Source: Candidatus Woesearchaeota archaeon (GTDB lineage: Archaea; Nanobdellota; Nanobdellia; SCGC-AAA011-G17; GW2011-AR18). Taken from it: 64,000 nucleotides of DNA. This document shows positions 17,770 to 27,379 of the stretch, one piece after another. A program made the position numbers and the translations under genes. The stretch lies in assembly GCA_964430545.1 (NCBI GenBank), contig CAYSFG010000007.1, positions 9,072 through 73,071 on the forward strand. The letters are read 5' to 3'. The first letter of the stretch is position 1, and every line of letters begins with the position of its first letter. Under the pieces are notes generated by a model. That model was not told the DNA's origin. It made no database searches and was given only the letters and a program-made list of their open reading frames with translations.

Positions 17770-18109
17770 TTGTATATAAATTGTTTTTAATCTTTAAATA
17801 CTTTACCTAGAATTTGTGGAAATATTTTCTAAATAATTATTTATTTCATCTTAATTTTAAAATAAATATATAAAAATATTAAATTATCCAGATATTAAAG
17901 TAATAACTTTATTCATAATATTCAAATAATTTACCAAATCTTAAAATATAATCAATATTTAGTTAAAGGAAAATGCAAAAAACATTAGTTTATGCAATAG
18001 TCAAAATATTTATAATCTTAATACCATTCATCATTATAATTTTAGTAAAATTTATTCTCTAAGAACATACCAATATAATTTATATATTAGTTTATCATTA
18101 TTTATTACA

Positions 18110-18973
18110 ATGAAAAAAGGTGTTAAAAAGAAAGTTAAAACTCCAGAATTAAAAATAACATCTGGTTTAAACACTAATCATGATATAGCATATGACTTTG
18201 CGGCTAAAGTTTATAAAAAATTTAGAGATGTTATAAAAGCTATTGCTTTATTTGGTTCAGTAACTAAAGATCAAGCAATTCTTAAAAGTGATATTGATAT
18301 TATCATAATTATTGATGATTGTACTATAAATTGGGATGATGAATTAGTTGCTTGGTATAGAGAAGAATTAGCTAAATTATTAATTGCTCAAAATTATACA
18401 AAAGAAATTCATATTAATACAGTAACATTAACTGCTTTCTGGGATGAAATTCGTGCAGGTGAACCTTTAGTTATTAATATTTTAAGATATGGTGAACCTT
18501 TAATAGACTTAGGTGGATTTTTTGATCCTTTAAAAATTTTATTAGCAAAAGGAAAAATTAGACCTAGTCCAGAAGCTATATTTACTACAATGGAACGTTC
18601 TGTTAAACATCTTGGAAGAGCTAATACAGGTTTATTAAATAGTGTTGAAGCTTTTTATTGGGCTATGGTTGACTCTGCTCACTCTGCATTGATGGCTTAT
18701 AAGATAATTCCTCCTTCTCCCGAACAAATTCCTGAACTTTTAAAAAATAATTTTGTTAACAATAAAATGTTATCTAAAGAATATCTACAATGGTTTGAAG
18801 ATGTGAGAAAAAAAGCTAAGGATATTTTGTATGGAAATATTAATAGATTAAATGGAAAAGAATTAGAAGAAATCCAGCGTAAATCTGAAGATTTTGTATA
18901 CAAACTTAATGGATTAGCTAAATTCTTGGCTCAGAATGAAAAAATAATAAAGACTAATTATAAAGAAATTTAG
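18110..18973 (+). CDS. Nucleotidyltransferase-domain (Pol-beta superfamily) protein
   Basis: 'ALFGSVTKDQAILKSDIDIIIII' is the [GS]-x(9-13)-DxD minimal nucleotidyltransferase motif; the C-terminal helical domain is uncharacterised. Confidence 0.65.
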   Translation: MKKGVKKKVKTPELKITSGLNTNHDIAYDFAAKVYKKFRDVIKAIALFGSVTKDQAILKSDIDIIIIIDDCTINWDDELVAWYREELAKLLIAQNYTKEIHINTVTLTAFWDEIRAGEPLVINILRYGEPLIDLGGFFDPLKILLAKGKIRPSPEAIFTTMERSVKHLGRANTGLLNSVEAFYWAMVDSAHSALMAYKIIPPSPEQIPELLKNNFVNNKMLSKEYLQWFEDVRKKAKDILYGNINRLNGKELEEIQRKSEDFVYKLNGLAKFLAQNEKIIKTNYKEI

Positions 18974-19145
18974 AAAACTAAAAATACACATATAAAGTTT
19001 TATGGCTATACAAAGAACAAAAGTGGATTATAGGAAATTTTAAATAATTATATTTTTGTAAAGTTAAAAATTGTAACAAAAAAATTATAAAATTAATCTT
19101 TAATTTAAAGTTTTCAATTTATAAAAAAATAAAAAGAAAAAAAGT

Positions 19146-19433
19146 TTAGTCAAATAGTCCGGCAAGACCTGCTGCTGCAGACTCTTCAGATTTCTTTTCT
19201 TCTTTCTTTTCTTCTTTCTTAGGTACTAAAGCTTCTGTATGAACTGCTACTACAGGCATAGCTGCTTCTTTAACTGCGGCTTCTATATCCACACCTTCAA
19301 GAGATGCAACAAGCGCTTTAACTCTACCTTCTTCAGGTTTAACACCTGCTGCTTCTAAGACTTTTTTTATATTAACTTCACTTAATTGTTGTTTTGCTGA
19401 ATGCAATAACATCGCTGCATGTATATATTCCAT
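19146..19433 (-). CDS. rpl12e: 50S ribosomal stalk protein P1 (L12e)
   Basis: 'MEYIHAAMLLHSAKQQLSEVNIKKVLEAAGV...' with a KEEKKEE-rich hinge and a C-terminal 'GLAGLFD'. A strong AGGAGGA SD lies 9 nt upstream. Confidence 0.85.
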   Translation of the reverse strand: MEYIHAAMLLHSAKQQLSEVNIKKVLEAAGVKPEEGRVKALVASLEGVDIEAAVKEAAMPVVAVHTEALVPKKEEKKEEKKSEESAAAGLAGLFD

Positions 19434-19475
19434 TTTTTTGTTCCTCCTGATTTTGGTATAAACCTATTATTTAAA

Positions 19476-20570
19476 TTATTTTCCCTTTTTTATTTTTTCA
19501 TCTTGTAGCTTTTTTATTATATCTTGAGCTGCAGCTTCATCCTTTATAAATTTAGCATCTGGAATGGGTCTTGATACTGGCTGATGCTTCATCTTCTGTT
19601 CTTGAAGTTTATTTAAAACATCCTGTGCTGCCTGTTCCTGTGATTTAAATTCTTCCATATTTTTATCACCTTTTTTTGTTTCCCTTACTTCTTCTTTAAT
19701 AACTTCTTTTGGTTTATTAACTTCTATTTCTTCTTTTTTATGAATTTCTTGCGGTATTTCCGTTAATTTAATTTTTTTTTTTATTTCATCTAAATTAGAT
19801 AAACCTATTTTATTTTCTAAAGCCTTAGTTTGTATAATTGCCTTTTTTATTAAAACATTAATATTTTCTTTAGTAGGAAAAGCAATATATACAGACAAAT
19901 TCAAAGCTGATACAATAACATTCTTTAAATTTAATATAAACTTTTTCTGATCAACACTCAAAATATTATTAGCAAATATAACACCATTTTCATAAGCTGC
20001 GGTTAAATTAATTCCTATTTCCATAGGTTCTATACCTAATCTTGTTAATATTCCTGCAACTTGCTGTGGTATAACTTCACCAGCGTAGACAATAATTTTA
20101 TCTTCTTTAATAGCAACTTTACCATCAACAATGCCTGCTTTTAAACCAATTTGAGCTAATTCTCCAATAATTGGACCTGGAGGAAATGATGTTGGACCTG
20201 CTTTTATAAGAATATCATTAGGAGCTATCTGCCCTCCTTTTGCAGGTGCAGCACTTTTATTATTATTTAATATTTTAGCAAGTTTAAATGGATTATCGTT
20301 AGTTAATAATAAAGCAGGCATACCTCTAACATATTCTTTTAATAAAACTATATTATGTTTAGATTTAATATTATCAATAGCAATCAAAATTAAACTTTTC
20401 TTTGACATTTTTATAACAACAGAATCTTTTAATGTAGAACGCATCTTTTGAAGTTGGACAGACGGCATATTAGTCATATCAGCAACAGCAATAATTTTAT
20501 ATTTTTCAAGAAGTAAAACTAAGTCAATAACTTCTTTCTTCTTCCAATCTGCTATATGAGCTTTATGCAT
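19476..20570 (-). CDS. rpl10: 50S ribosomal protein uL10 (P0)
   Basis: P0 N-domain 'KAHIADWKKKEVIDLVLLLEKYKIIAVADMTNMPSVQLQKMR'. The C-terminal half is a long K/E-rich extension. A GAGGA SD lies upstream. Confidence 0.85.
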   Translation of the reverse strand: MHKAHIADWKKKEVIDLVLLLEKYKIIAVADMTNMPSVQLQKMRSTLKDSVVIKMSKKSLILIAIDNIKSKHNIVLLKEYVRGMPALLLTNDNPFKLAKILNNNKSAAPAKGGQIAPNDILIKAGPTSFPPGPIIGELAQIGLKAGIVDGKVAIKEDKIIVYAGEVIPQQVAGILTRLGIEPMEIGINLTAAYENGVIFANNILSVDQKKFILNLKNVIVSALNLSVYIAFPTKENINVLIKKAIIQTKALENKIGLSNLDEIKKKIKLTEIPQEIHKKEEIEVNKPKEVIKEEVRETKKGDKNMEEFKSQEQAAQDVLNKLQEQKMKHQPVSRPIPDAKFIKDEAAAQDIIKKLQDEKIKKGK

Positions 20571-21261
20571 TTTTAATCCTCTTAGCTTTCTTATCTGCTG
20601 CTTTAGATTCTTCTTTTATCTTAATTAAAGGGCTCATAGTATATTTCAAAGCAACATATTTAATATTTTGTTTTTCCTGTGGTAGTTTTAATAATAAATT
20701 AGAATAAATAAATAAAACATTATCAACTAGTTTATCATCAGGCGTATCTTCAGCACCTATAGAAATTTTTATTGAAGCTTCATTCTTAGTTTTTATTCTT
20801 ATAGTATTTTTTAATTTGTTAACTAAAGGTTCTAAATTTGCAGTACCTGAAACTACACAACCAGCTTTAGGATTTGGCATCTTACCTCTAGCACCAAAAA
20901 CTTTACCAAAATTTGTAGCAACTAAAGACATAACTTCAATTTGAGAAACAAATAAATCATAAGATGAAGCTAATTTTTTTTGGTCTTTTTTATTATTCCA
21001 TTTTGCAAAATCTTCCTTGAGAACTACTATATCAAATAATTTATTAGCTTGTACACCTAATTGTTGATCAACAAATGCTCCTAATTTTAATTTCTTTTCA
21101 GAAGGATGAGGTAATTGCAAGAATAAATCAATATTATTTTCTGCTTTTTTAATATCCATATCTTTTAAATTTATTAATAAATCTATAGACTGCTTAAATT
21201 TCTTTTTAGCAAATTTTTCTTTTAATTCTTTTATACTCTTTAATATATCTTGTTTTTCCAT
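20563..21261 (-). CDS. rpl1: 50S ribosomal protein uL1
   Basis: L1 family features ('KFKQSIDLLINLKDMD', 'GKVFGARGKMPNPKAG') at the expected operon position upstream of P0. Overlaps P0 by 8 nt. Confidence 0.9.
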   Translation of the reverse strand: MEKQDILKSIKELKEKFAKKKFKQSIDLLINLKDMDIKKAENNIDLFLQLPHPSEKKLKLGAFVDQQLGVQANKLFDIVVLKEDFAKWNNKKDQKKLASSYDLFVSQIEVMSLVATNFGKVFGARGKMPNPKAGCVVSGTANLEPLVNKLKNTIRIKTKNEASIKISIGAEDTPDDKLVDNVLFIYSNLLLKLPQEKQNIKYVALKYTMSPLIKIKEESKAADKKAKRIKNA

Positions 21262-21340
21262 TGTTTAAATCCTTCTACACTACCATACTAAGCGTATAGT
21301 GATACAAAAGTAATTAATTATTGTATCGTGTAGTTATACG
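21262..21340 (-). promoter_or_regulatory. Structured 5' leader of the uL1 operon (nested inverted repeats), candidate L1 autoregulatory site
   Basis: The + strand contains CTACAC...GTGTAG and GATACAA...TTGTATC nested inverted repeats immediately upstream of the L1 start codon. Confidence 0.3.
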
Positions 21341-21459
21341 GATAAGTAATTAGATATATAGTTTATTTATAAATTTATCTTTTATATTTTTATTTACTAA
21401 TTACAATTAAATAATAAAATATATGCATAATCTTGATTGTTTTTTTATATTTTTAAAAA

Positions 21460-21870
21460 TTAAAGTTTATCCAAGGATTCATTAGCCAAAGAATCAGCCA
21501 TTTTCTGATATAAATTTTCTCTAGAGACATTTTTATAAATAACTTTAGAAAAAAACATTTCAATATTTTTAGCTTCGGAATAAAGAACTTTTAAAGTATT
21601 ATTTTTAATTTTATAAAAACCTTTCATTTGCTTGATAACTAATTCTGAATCCATAAAAACTAGAACTTCGTCATGTGTAAATTCATAAGCTAATTTAAGT
21701 CCTGCGATTAATGACATATATTCAGCAACATTATTAGTAGCTTTTCCTAAACATTCTTTATATTTCTTAAGAATATTCATTTTATTATCAAAAATAACAA
21801 CACCAATAGAAGCATTACCAGGATTATTTCTAGAAGCACCATCACAATGAATTATTAATTTATTTAGCAT
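21460..21870 (-). CDS. rnhA: Ribonuclease HI
   Basis: 'IIHCDGASRNNPGNASIGVVI' and 'ATNNVAEYMSLIAGLKLA' carry RNase H1 catalytic Asp/Glu contexts. Confidence 0.8.
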   Translation of the reverse strand: MLNKLIIHCDGASRNNPGNASIGVVIFDNKMNILKKYKECLGKATNNVAEYMSLIAGLKLAYEFTHDEVLVFMDSELVIKQMKGFYKIKNNTLKVLYSEAKNIEMFFSKVIYKNVSRENLYQKMADSLANESLDKL

Positions 21871-22042
21871 GTTTTACAAATGGTAAACTAGAATTTAAAG
21901 TTTGTTGTATAGTAAACAACAAAGTAATTAGTTGTTATAAATATTTATTGTTGATTAAAGTAAACCACTTCAAATTTAATAAATTATTAATTTATTATAA
22001 TAAAAGCATAAACTTATAAATATTTATTATTTCTGAAAATTT

Positions 22043-22507
22043 ATGAAAGCAAAAGAAAATTCCATAGTAGACATACAATATGAAGGTAGATTAGAAGATG
22101 GAACTTTATTTGATACTAATACTGAAGAATTAGCAAAAAAAGAAGGAAATCATATTGATGGTAGAAAATATGAACCATTACATGTACAATTAGGATCTGG
22201 AAATCTAATAAAAGGATTTGAGAAGAATATAATTGGAATGGAAGAAGGAGAAAATAAAACATTTCACGTAACACCAGAAGAAGGATATGGACAAAGAGAG
22301 GAAAATCTAGTAAAAAAGTTTCCAAGAGATCTTGAAAAAGATAAAGATTTAGAAAAAGGAATGATGATAGTAGTAAATGTACAAGAACAAGAATATCCAG
22401 CTGTAGTATCAAATATAAATGAAAATGAAATAACACTAGACTTCAATCATCCTTTAGCTGGAAAGACATTAACATTTAATGTAAAATTATTAAAAGTTGA
22501 AAATTAA
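22043..22507 (+). CDS. FKBP-type peptidyl-prolyl cis-trans isomerase (archaeal short FKBP/SlyD-like)
   Basis: 'VDIQYEGRLEDGTLFDTN' and 'LHVQLGSGNLIKGFEKNIIGMEEGE' are FKBP signatures; the IF-like insert 'YPAVVSNINENEITLDFNHPLAGKTL' is present. Confidence 0.85.
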   Translation: MKAKENSIVDIQYEGRLEDGTLFDTNTEELAKKEGNHIDGRKYEPLHVQLGSGNLIKGFEKNIIGMEEGENKTFHVTPEEGYGQREENLVKKFPRDLEKDKDLEKGMMIVVNVQEQEYPAVVSNINENEITLDFNHPLAGKTLTFNVKLLKVEN

Positions 22508-22701
22508 TAGTGCCACTGCACTTTACCATAATCGTTTTTCAGAAAATACGCATCATCACTTCTTTTTAAATTTATTATACAAAATTTCACTAATGTAAAA
22601 ATTAAAGTATTAATAAAAAATTTCGTATATCTCAATAATAATAAAAAGAAAATTTCATATTTATATACAATAAAAATATTTTCAAGTTTTAGCCTAATTA
22701 C

Positions 22702-22935
22702 TTAATATTCAGCATCACTTTCATCTTCGTATCCATCGCTACTATCATCATTTGTATCATTATCTTCTTCATCATCATCACTATCTGGAAACTGAAATTC
22801 ATCTTTTTTACCTTTTTTATCAGAATCATCATCTTTATCATAATCATTCCATTTTTTCTTTAGAGAAGCAACATTAAATAAGCCTCCATTTAAAACGGTA
22901 ATATCACCAAATAAGTTATCTAATATTATTTCCAT
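22702..22935 (-). CDS. Small highly acidic protein (hypothetical)
   Basis: 77 aa with a D/E/S-rich C-terminal half. A perfect AGGAGG SD lies 7 nt upstream of the ATG. Confidence 0.5.
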   Translation of the reverse strand: MEIILDNLFGDITVLNGGLFNVASLKKKWNDYDKDDDSDKKGKKDEFQFPDSDDDEEDNDTNDDSSDGYEDESDAEY

Positions 22936-23077
22936 AGTTATTCCTCCTGATTTTTATTTTTTTTATTTTAGTAAGGGTATTTATATAGTTTTGGGTTAGG
23001 ATTATTCAATTACCTAACTACTTAATATATTTTTAAAAGTAACTAACTTTATAAAATTAAATTTATTTAATATAATC

Positions 23078-23683
23078 ATGGTTTACAAACTTGGTCTAAT
23101 TTCTACCCATGGCACTGGCAAGACTACTATGGCCCATCTTGTTGCTGGAGAATTAAAAAAAAAAGGATTTAGAGTTAGAGTTATTCCTGAAGTAGCTACA
23201 GAAGCTAAGGAAACTGGGAAAATCATAAATCAAAATACAAGATTAATAGATCAAGCATGGATTTTATTAACTCAATCTAGATATGAATTAGAAGCTGAAA
23301 TGGCAGGTTACGATATTATTATTTGCGATAGAACTGTTCATGATAATTATTGTTATCTAGAAAATTCTTGTGGAAAAAATGATCACTATAAAAATTTCGT
23401 TTTAAATCATTCTAAACAACATCCTTATAAAATAATATATAGAATTCCAATAAGCATTAAACCGCAAGAAGATGGTATCAGATCTATTTCAGAAGAATTT
23501 CAAATATTAATAGATAATAAACTTGATGAATATTTAAAAAAAGAAGAGATAAATTATATAAATTTACCTAAGCTTGAAGAAAAAGATGAAGAGAGGATAA
23601 AATGGGTTAATTTTATTGTTAATAACACTTTAAAAGATCTAGATGCCTTTAGTAAATATAATGTAGAAAATGAGTTATCTTAG
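23078..23683 (+). CDS. P-loop NTPase (AAA_28/NadR-like predicted ATPase or kinase)
   Basis: Walker A 'GLISTHGTGKTTMAHLVAGEL'; Walker B-like 'DIIICDRT'. Confidence 0.55.
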   Translation: MVYKLGLISTHGTGKTTMAHLVAGELKKKGFRVRVIPEVATEAKETGKIINQNTRLIDQAWILLTQSRYELEAEMAGYDIIICDRTVHDNYCYLENSCGKNDHYKNFVLNHSKQHPYKIIYRIPISIKPQEDGIRSISEEFQILIDNKLDEYLKKEEINYINLPKLEEKDEERIKWVNFIVNNTLKDLDAFSKYNVENELS

Positions 23684-23860
23684 ATATTTATTGAATTACA
23701 ATAAAGCTTTTTAAATACTTATCATTATAATTTTCATAGCTAAAAGAGTGATAGATTTAGTTGATGGTGACTTTAGAATAAATTTTTATATATTCAAATC
23801 TTTGGTAAAAGAAATAAAGTTTAAAAAATAAAAACATTTTAAAATTATTTATTAAAAGAT

Positions 23861-24142
23861 CTATTTTTCATCAGTTTTCTTAATAATATGCCATCCAAAT
23901 TGTGTTTTTACTATTCCTAATTCTCCTTTTTTAATACTAAAAGCTAAATTTTCAAATTCTTTAACCATCTTATTTCTTGTAAACCATCCTAAATCCCCTC
24001 CTTTTTTCTTACTTGGGCATTTTGATTCTTCTAAAGCTAATTTTTCAAAATTTTCATTCAAAAATTTTATTCTATTAAATAATTCTTTTGCTTTTTTCTC
24101 ATCTCCAACAAGTATATGTGATGCTCTTACTTCTTTTACCAT
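23861..24142 (-). CDS. Parvulin-type peptidyl-prolyl cis-trans isomerase (PpiC family)
   Basis: 'VRASHILV', 'GGDLGWFTRNKMVKEFENLAFSIKKGE' and 'VKTQFGWHIIK' are rotamase (parvulin) signatures. 93 aa. Confidence 0.8.
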   Translation of the reverse strand: MVKEVRASHILVGDEKKAKELFNRIKFLNENFEKLALEESKCPSKKKGGDLGWFTRNKMVKEFENLAFSIKKGELGIVKTQFGWHIIKKTDEK

Positions 24143-24170
24143 ATTTTTAATATATTTAACTGATTTATAT

Positions 24171-25010
24171 TTATTTCTCTGATTCAGATAAGAATCTTTT
24201 TAACCCAATATTGTCAACAGCATCTTGATAACCAATAATAAAAGTTTTATTTAAATTTTCTTTATTATTTTCCAACATTCCTATTGGTAATTTTTGACTG
24301 GGTTTTATATAAAATACTTTTGGGTCTTTACGTTGAATATAAAGAGTTTCTAAATAAGTTTCTATAGTTTCAGCTAATTTCTTTGGGACTTTGCGAATAT
24401 ATCTACGAAACATAAACTTATTAAGTTTAGAAAATTCTTGGTTATTATCTATTACAATAATTTTTTCTGCCCCTTCACTTAATGCTTTATCTACTTTTGC
24501 TTCTAATGAAGAACCTATATCACCATCAATATATCTTCTGCCATTTATTATTATAGTATGATTATAGACAACTGGTGCAGCTTTAGATGCTTTTAGTACT
24601 TGAAATATATCAACATTATCTCTATTACTAAAATATTTTGCTTCTCCTGTTTCATAATCTGTAACAGCAATATATAAATTTGTCTTATGATTTTTTAATG
24701 CTTCAACATTTAAAGGCTCAATTTTTCTAAAAACAATTTCTATTAAATAATCTAAATCCATCATATTGCCTTTAAAAAATCTTTTCTTATCAATAAAGCC
24801 ACTTTCAGAAGAAAGAAGTTCAACCCAAACCCTATGGGCTAAGTGATATTGCCCAGCTAGATAATAAGCAAAATTTCCTGTACTTCCTGATGTTGCAACT
24901 ACTATATCTGGATTTTTAATTTTATATTTTTTAACAAATCCATTTAAGAATCCTGCACTATAAACACAAGCCAATCCGCCGCCAGATCCCACTATACCTA
25001 ATTTATCCAT
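24171..25010 (-). CDS. Patatin-like phospholipase
   Basis: Gly-rich oxyanion loop 'GIVGSGGGLACVYSAGFL' and nucleophile elbow 'ATSGSTG' (GxSxG). Confidence 0.7.
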   Translation of the reverse strand: MDKLGIVGSGGGLACVYSAGFLNGFVKKYKIKNPDIVVATSGSTGNFAYYLAGQYHLAHRVWVELLSSESGFIDKKRFFKGNMMDLDYLIEIVFRKIEPLNVEALKNHKTNLYIAVTDYETGEAKYFSNRDNVDIFQVLKASKAAPVVYNHTIIINGRRYIDGDIGSSLEAKVDKALSEGAEKIIVIDNNQEFSKLNKFMFRRYIRKVPKKLAETIETYLETLYIQRKDPKVFYIKPSQKLPIGMLENNKENLNKTFIIGYQDAVDNIGLKRFLSESEK

Positions 25011-25120
25011 AAATATAAACCTAACATAAAACTTTTAAATATAATAGTTTTTGTTATAAAAAAATAATATTAAACTAATTACAAAGATTATATTAAATAA
25101 TGATTAATATAGAATAAAAA

Positions 25121-25230
25121 TACGCGAGCCGAGATTTGAACTCGGGTCGAAACGTTTTTGCAAAATTAATATGGCAACGTCCCATATAGGTCAATTATTA
25201 ACTAATCTCTAACCACTATACTACTCGCGT
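25121..25230 (-). tRNA. tRNA gene with intron(s), A1:U72 and A73; anticodon ambiguous (CAU or GCA)
   Basis: Minus-strand acceptor ACGCGAG/CUCGCGU, discriminator A, T-arm CCGAG-UUCAAAU-CUCGG, D-loop AGUGGUUA, anticodon stem ACGUU/AACGU enclosing 19 nt. The D-region is ~20 nt too long, suggesting a second intron. 110 nt in total. Confidence 0.55.
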
Positions 25231-25503
25231 ATGAATTTCAAGTCTTCATAATGATATTTAAATGTTTTTAAAATTTTAAATATAAGAATTTTTAAACAGA
25301 AAATAAAAATATATGCATTATACTTATTAAGTAAAGAAACAAAGAAATATTTTAATAAAATAGGTTTTTAGTAATTATAAAAATATAATTAGATTTTAAA
25401 AGAATAAAGAGAATGTCTCAAAAAATCAAAATATAGAAAGTTTAATAAAAAAATAATTAGTTATATAAATACTAGAAAACTAAAAGTTTAATAAAACTAA
25501 GTT

Positions 25504-25881
25504 TTAACCAAAATAAGTATTAGAAGTATTATCTATTTTTTCAGCTTTCATAATTTTAGTTTGTTCTTTCTTAAATAATTTTTCAGCTTTTTCTAATTCA
25601 GCAGGTTTTTTTATAGCACCAAATTTATCTTCATATTCCTTTACTGATCTATTTAATACATCAAGAAAAGATTTTGCATGAAATGGGGTTAATATCACAT
25701 TATTATGCCTTAACATCATAGCATTATGCCCTGCTATATCCTGGACATGAGTTATACATTTAAAATCTACACTAAATTCAACTGGTCCAAAATTAACATT
25801 TATTTCATTTGAATAAAATTGATCTCCATCTTTAATTCTCAAGTTTACTTGTTGCATCTGCTCTTTTTCTTCTTTTACCAT
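25504..25881 (-). CDS. Hypothetical protein (DUF3467-like)
   Basis: 125-aa ORF; its N-terminal 'NLRIKDGDQFYSNEINVNFGPVEFSVDF' pattern looks like DUF3467. Confidence 0.45.
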   Translation of the reverse strand: MVKEEKEQMQQVNLRIKDGDQFYSNEINVNFGPVEFSVDFKCITHVQDIAGHNAMMLRHNNVILTPFHAKSFLDVLNRSVKEYEDKFGAIKKPAELEKAEKLFKKEQTKIMKAEKIDNTSNTYFG

Positions 25882-25975
25882 ATTTTTAGAATAACTTTCT
25901 TATTTATATAATTATTTAAAATGGGCCATGTGTCTATACATACTTTGATTTGTAATTCTTTCTAAGCACTTAAGC

Positions 25976-26194
25976 GTGACGGTGCAAAAAATGTTTAAAA
26001 ACGATCAAACGCTATTATATAAACTTATGAAGAGCGGACATCACAGCAGAGATATTTTTACTAAGATAAAAATGGTAAAGATATTACTTTTAAATGTTCT
26101 ATATGAAATGAGTGATAAAGAAATTCAATTAGCTTTGTCTCATTGTTGGTATTACGTTTTTGTGAAAAAAGTAAAAAATAAAAGAAAGATTTAG
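25976..26194 (+). pseudogene. Transposase N-terminal fragment (IS5/InsH-like 'transposase domain 2' remnant)
   Basis: 'VKILLLNVLYEMSDKEIQLALSHCWYYVFV' resembles the IS5-family N-terminal domain (LKALLLQHLYNLSDEQLEYQLLDRLSFMRFLGL). The ORF is only 72 aa and sits in a locally GC-richer patch (25.9-26.46 kb) next to a tRNA. Confidence 0.4.
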
Positions 26195-26477
26195 TGGCAC
26201 TTAAAGTTTCAACAAATCATTTTTAAACCAAATAATCCAACTAAAACTCTAAACGAATGTTCAAATGTAAACCATCCCTCAGGCCATAACATCAATAAAC
26301 CTAAAACTGTCTTGTATCATCCACTGTCACATTTACACAAATTTGAACTGCACATATCACACATTCCAGAATTACTACTCATTTCTTTTTTTACTATTAA
26401 ATAGCACCTCCAATTTTATAGATTATTCAGGATTCAAGTAGTTTAAAACACTTTCTAAAAGAAGATTATTAGAAAAA

Positions 26478-26978
26478 TTAGTTAAATAACTCTGGACGTT
26501 TATTTTGTAAATCGCTTAAAACTTTAAATAACATTACTTCAATCTCTTTACCAACATTTTCAATATCACTAAGTTGATAACTTACAGTTTGATTCTTTAA
26601 AGTTATAATCTTGTCTCGCTCTTCTAGTTTTTCACTTTTGATTTTAAATAATTTAATAAAACATATCTGTTCTTTTGTAAGGACAGAAACAGATACTCCC
26701 CAATTACAATTACTATAATTTATACTTGATTCATCATAAGGTAGTTTAGATGTTATTTCAATAACAAACTTAGGATCTTTTTCTTTTTGTATAAAAAACT
26801 TAGAAAGATTTCCTCTAAGTACTCCAGATTTTAAAGAGTGTATAGTAAATACAAGCTTTGTAGGATAATTATATTCTTTAAAACCACTAAGGAATATAAA
26901 AACATTATTAGCCAAAGTTCCTATTTGTTTGTCATATACAAGAAATAAATTTGAAAGTTGTTGGTTAATATTAGCCAT
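26478..26978 (-). CDS. Hypothetical protein
   Basis: 166-aa ORF with no motif recognised. Confidence 0.4.
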   Translation of the reverse strand: MANINQQLSNLFLVYDKQIGTLANNVFIFLSGFKEYNYPTKLVFTIHSLKSGVLRGNLSKFFIQKEKDPKFVIEITSKLPYDESSINYSNCNWGVSVSVLTKEQICFIKLFKIKSEKLEERDKIITLKNQTVSYQLSDIENVGKEIEVMLFKVLSDLQNKRPELFN

Positions 26979-27038
26979 AAACTAAGATTAATTTAATAAC
27001 TATATAAAATTAACGGTAATTTATAAATAAAATAATGA

Positions 27039-27173
27039 TGGGCCCACACGGACTCGAACCGTGGACCTCCACCTTTCATATTTTTTCCCTTTTTCCATAA
27101 AATATTTTAAAAGGGGATTTATTGTAAGGGTGGCGTTTTAGCCTTAGTTATATAGCCACTAAACTATGGGCCC
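27039..27173 (-). tRNA. tRNA-Val (anticodon UAC) with two introns: ~47 nt at the canonical 37/38 site and ~14 nt in the D-loop
   Basis: Acceptor GGGCCCA/UGGGCCC (perfect), discriminator A, U8 A9, D-stem GUUU/AAAC enclosing 21 nt (AGUGG|CUAUAUAACUAAGG|CUA with a GGCUA direct repeat), G26, anticodon stem CCACC/GGUGG, loop C-U-UAC-A then intron then A, variable AGGUC, T-arm CACGG-UUCGAGU-CCGUG. 135 nt in total. Confidence 0.7.
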
Positions 27174-27379
27174 AATTTTTTTTTATTTTTGAAATTGATT
27201 AAGGATATAAAAATGTTCTTATTTTACAAATTTAACATTAAATTTTAAAGTTTAAAAACTTATTTAACATTTTTTTAAAAAATATTGGTATATATTTAAT
27301 AGTATATAATAAATAAATTATATAATATTATAAAATAATATATAGAAAAAGTTAAAAAGTACAGAAAAACATAATATAT

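Noticed and set aside
17963-18052. 29-aa hydrophobic mini-ORF (MQKTLVYAIVKIFIILIPFIIIILVKFIL) in the 17770-18110 spacer
   Set aside because: It has no SD and its composition is expected by chance in AT-rich DNA; it is not reported as a gene.
22116-22446. Minus-strand ORFs inside the FKBP gene (22116..22436, 22264..22446)
   Set aside because: Antisense to a clearly conserved FKBP, with no RBS and low-complexity translation.
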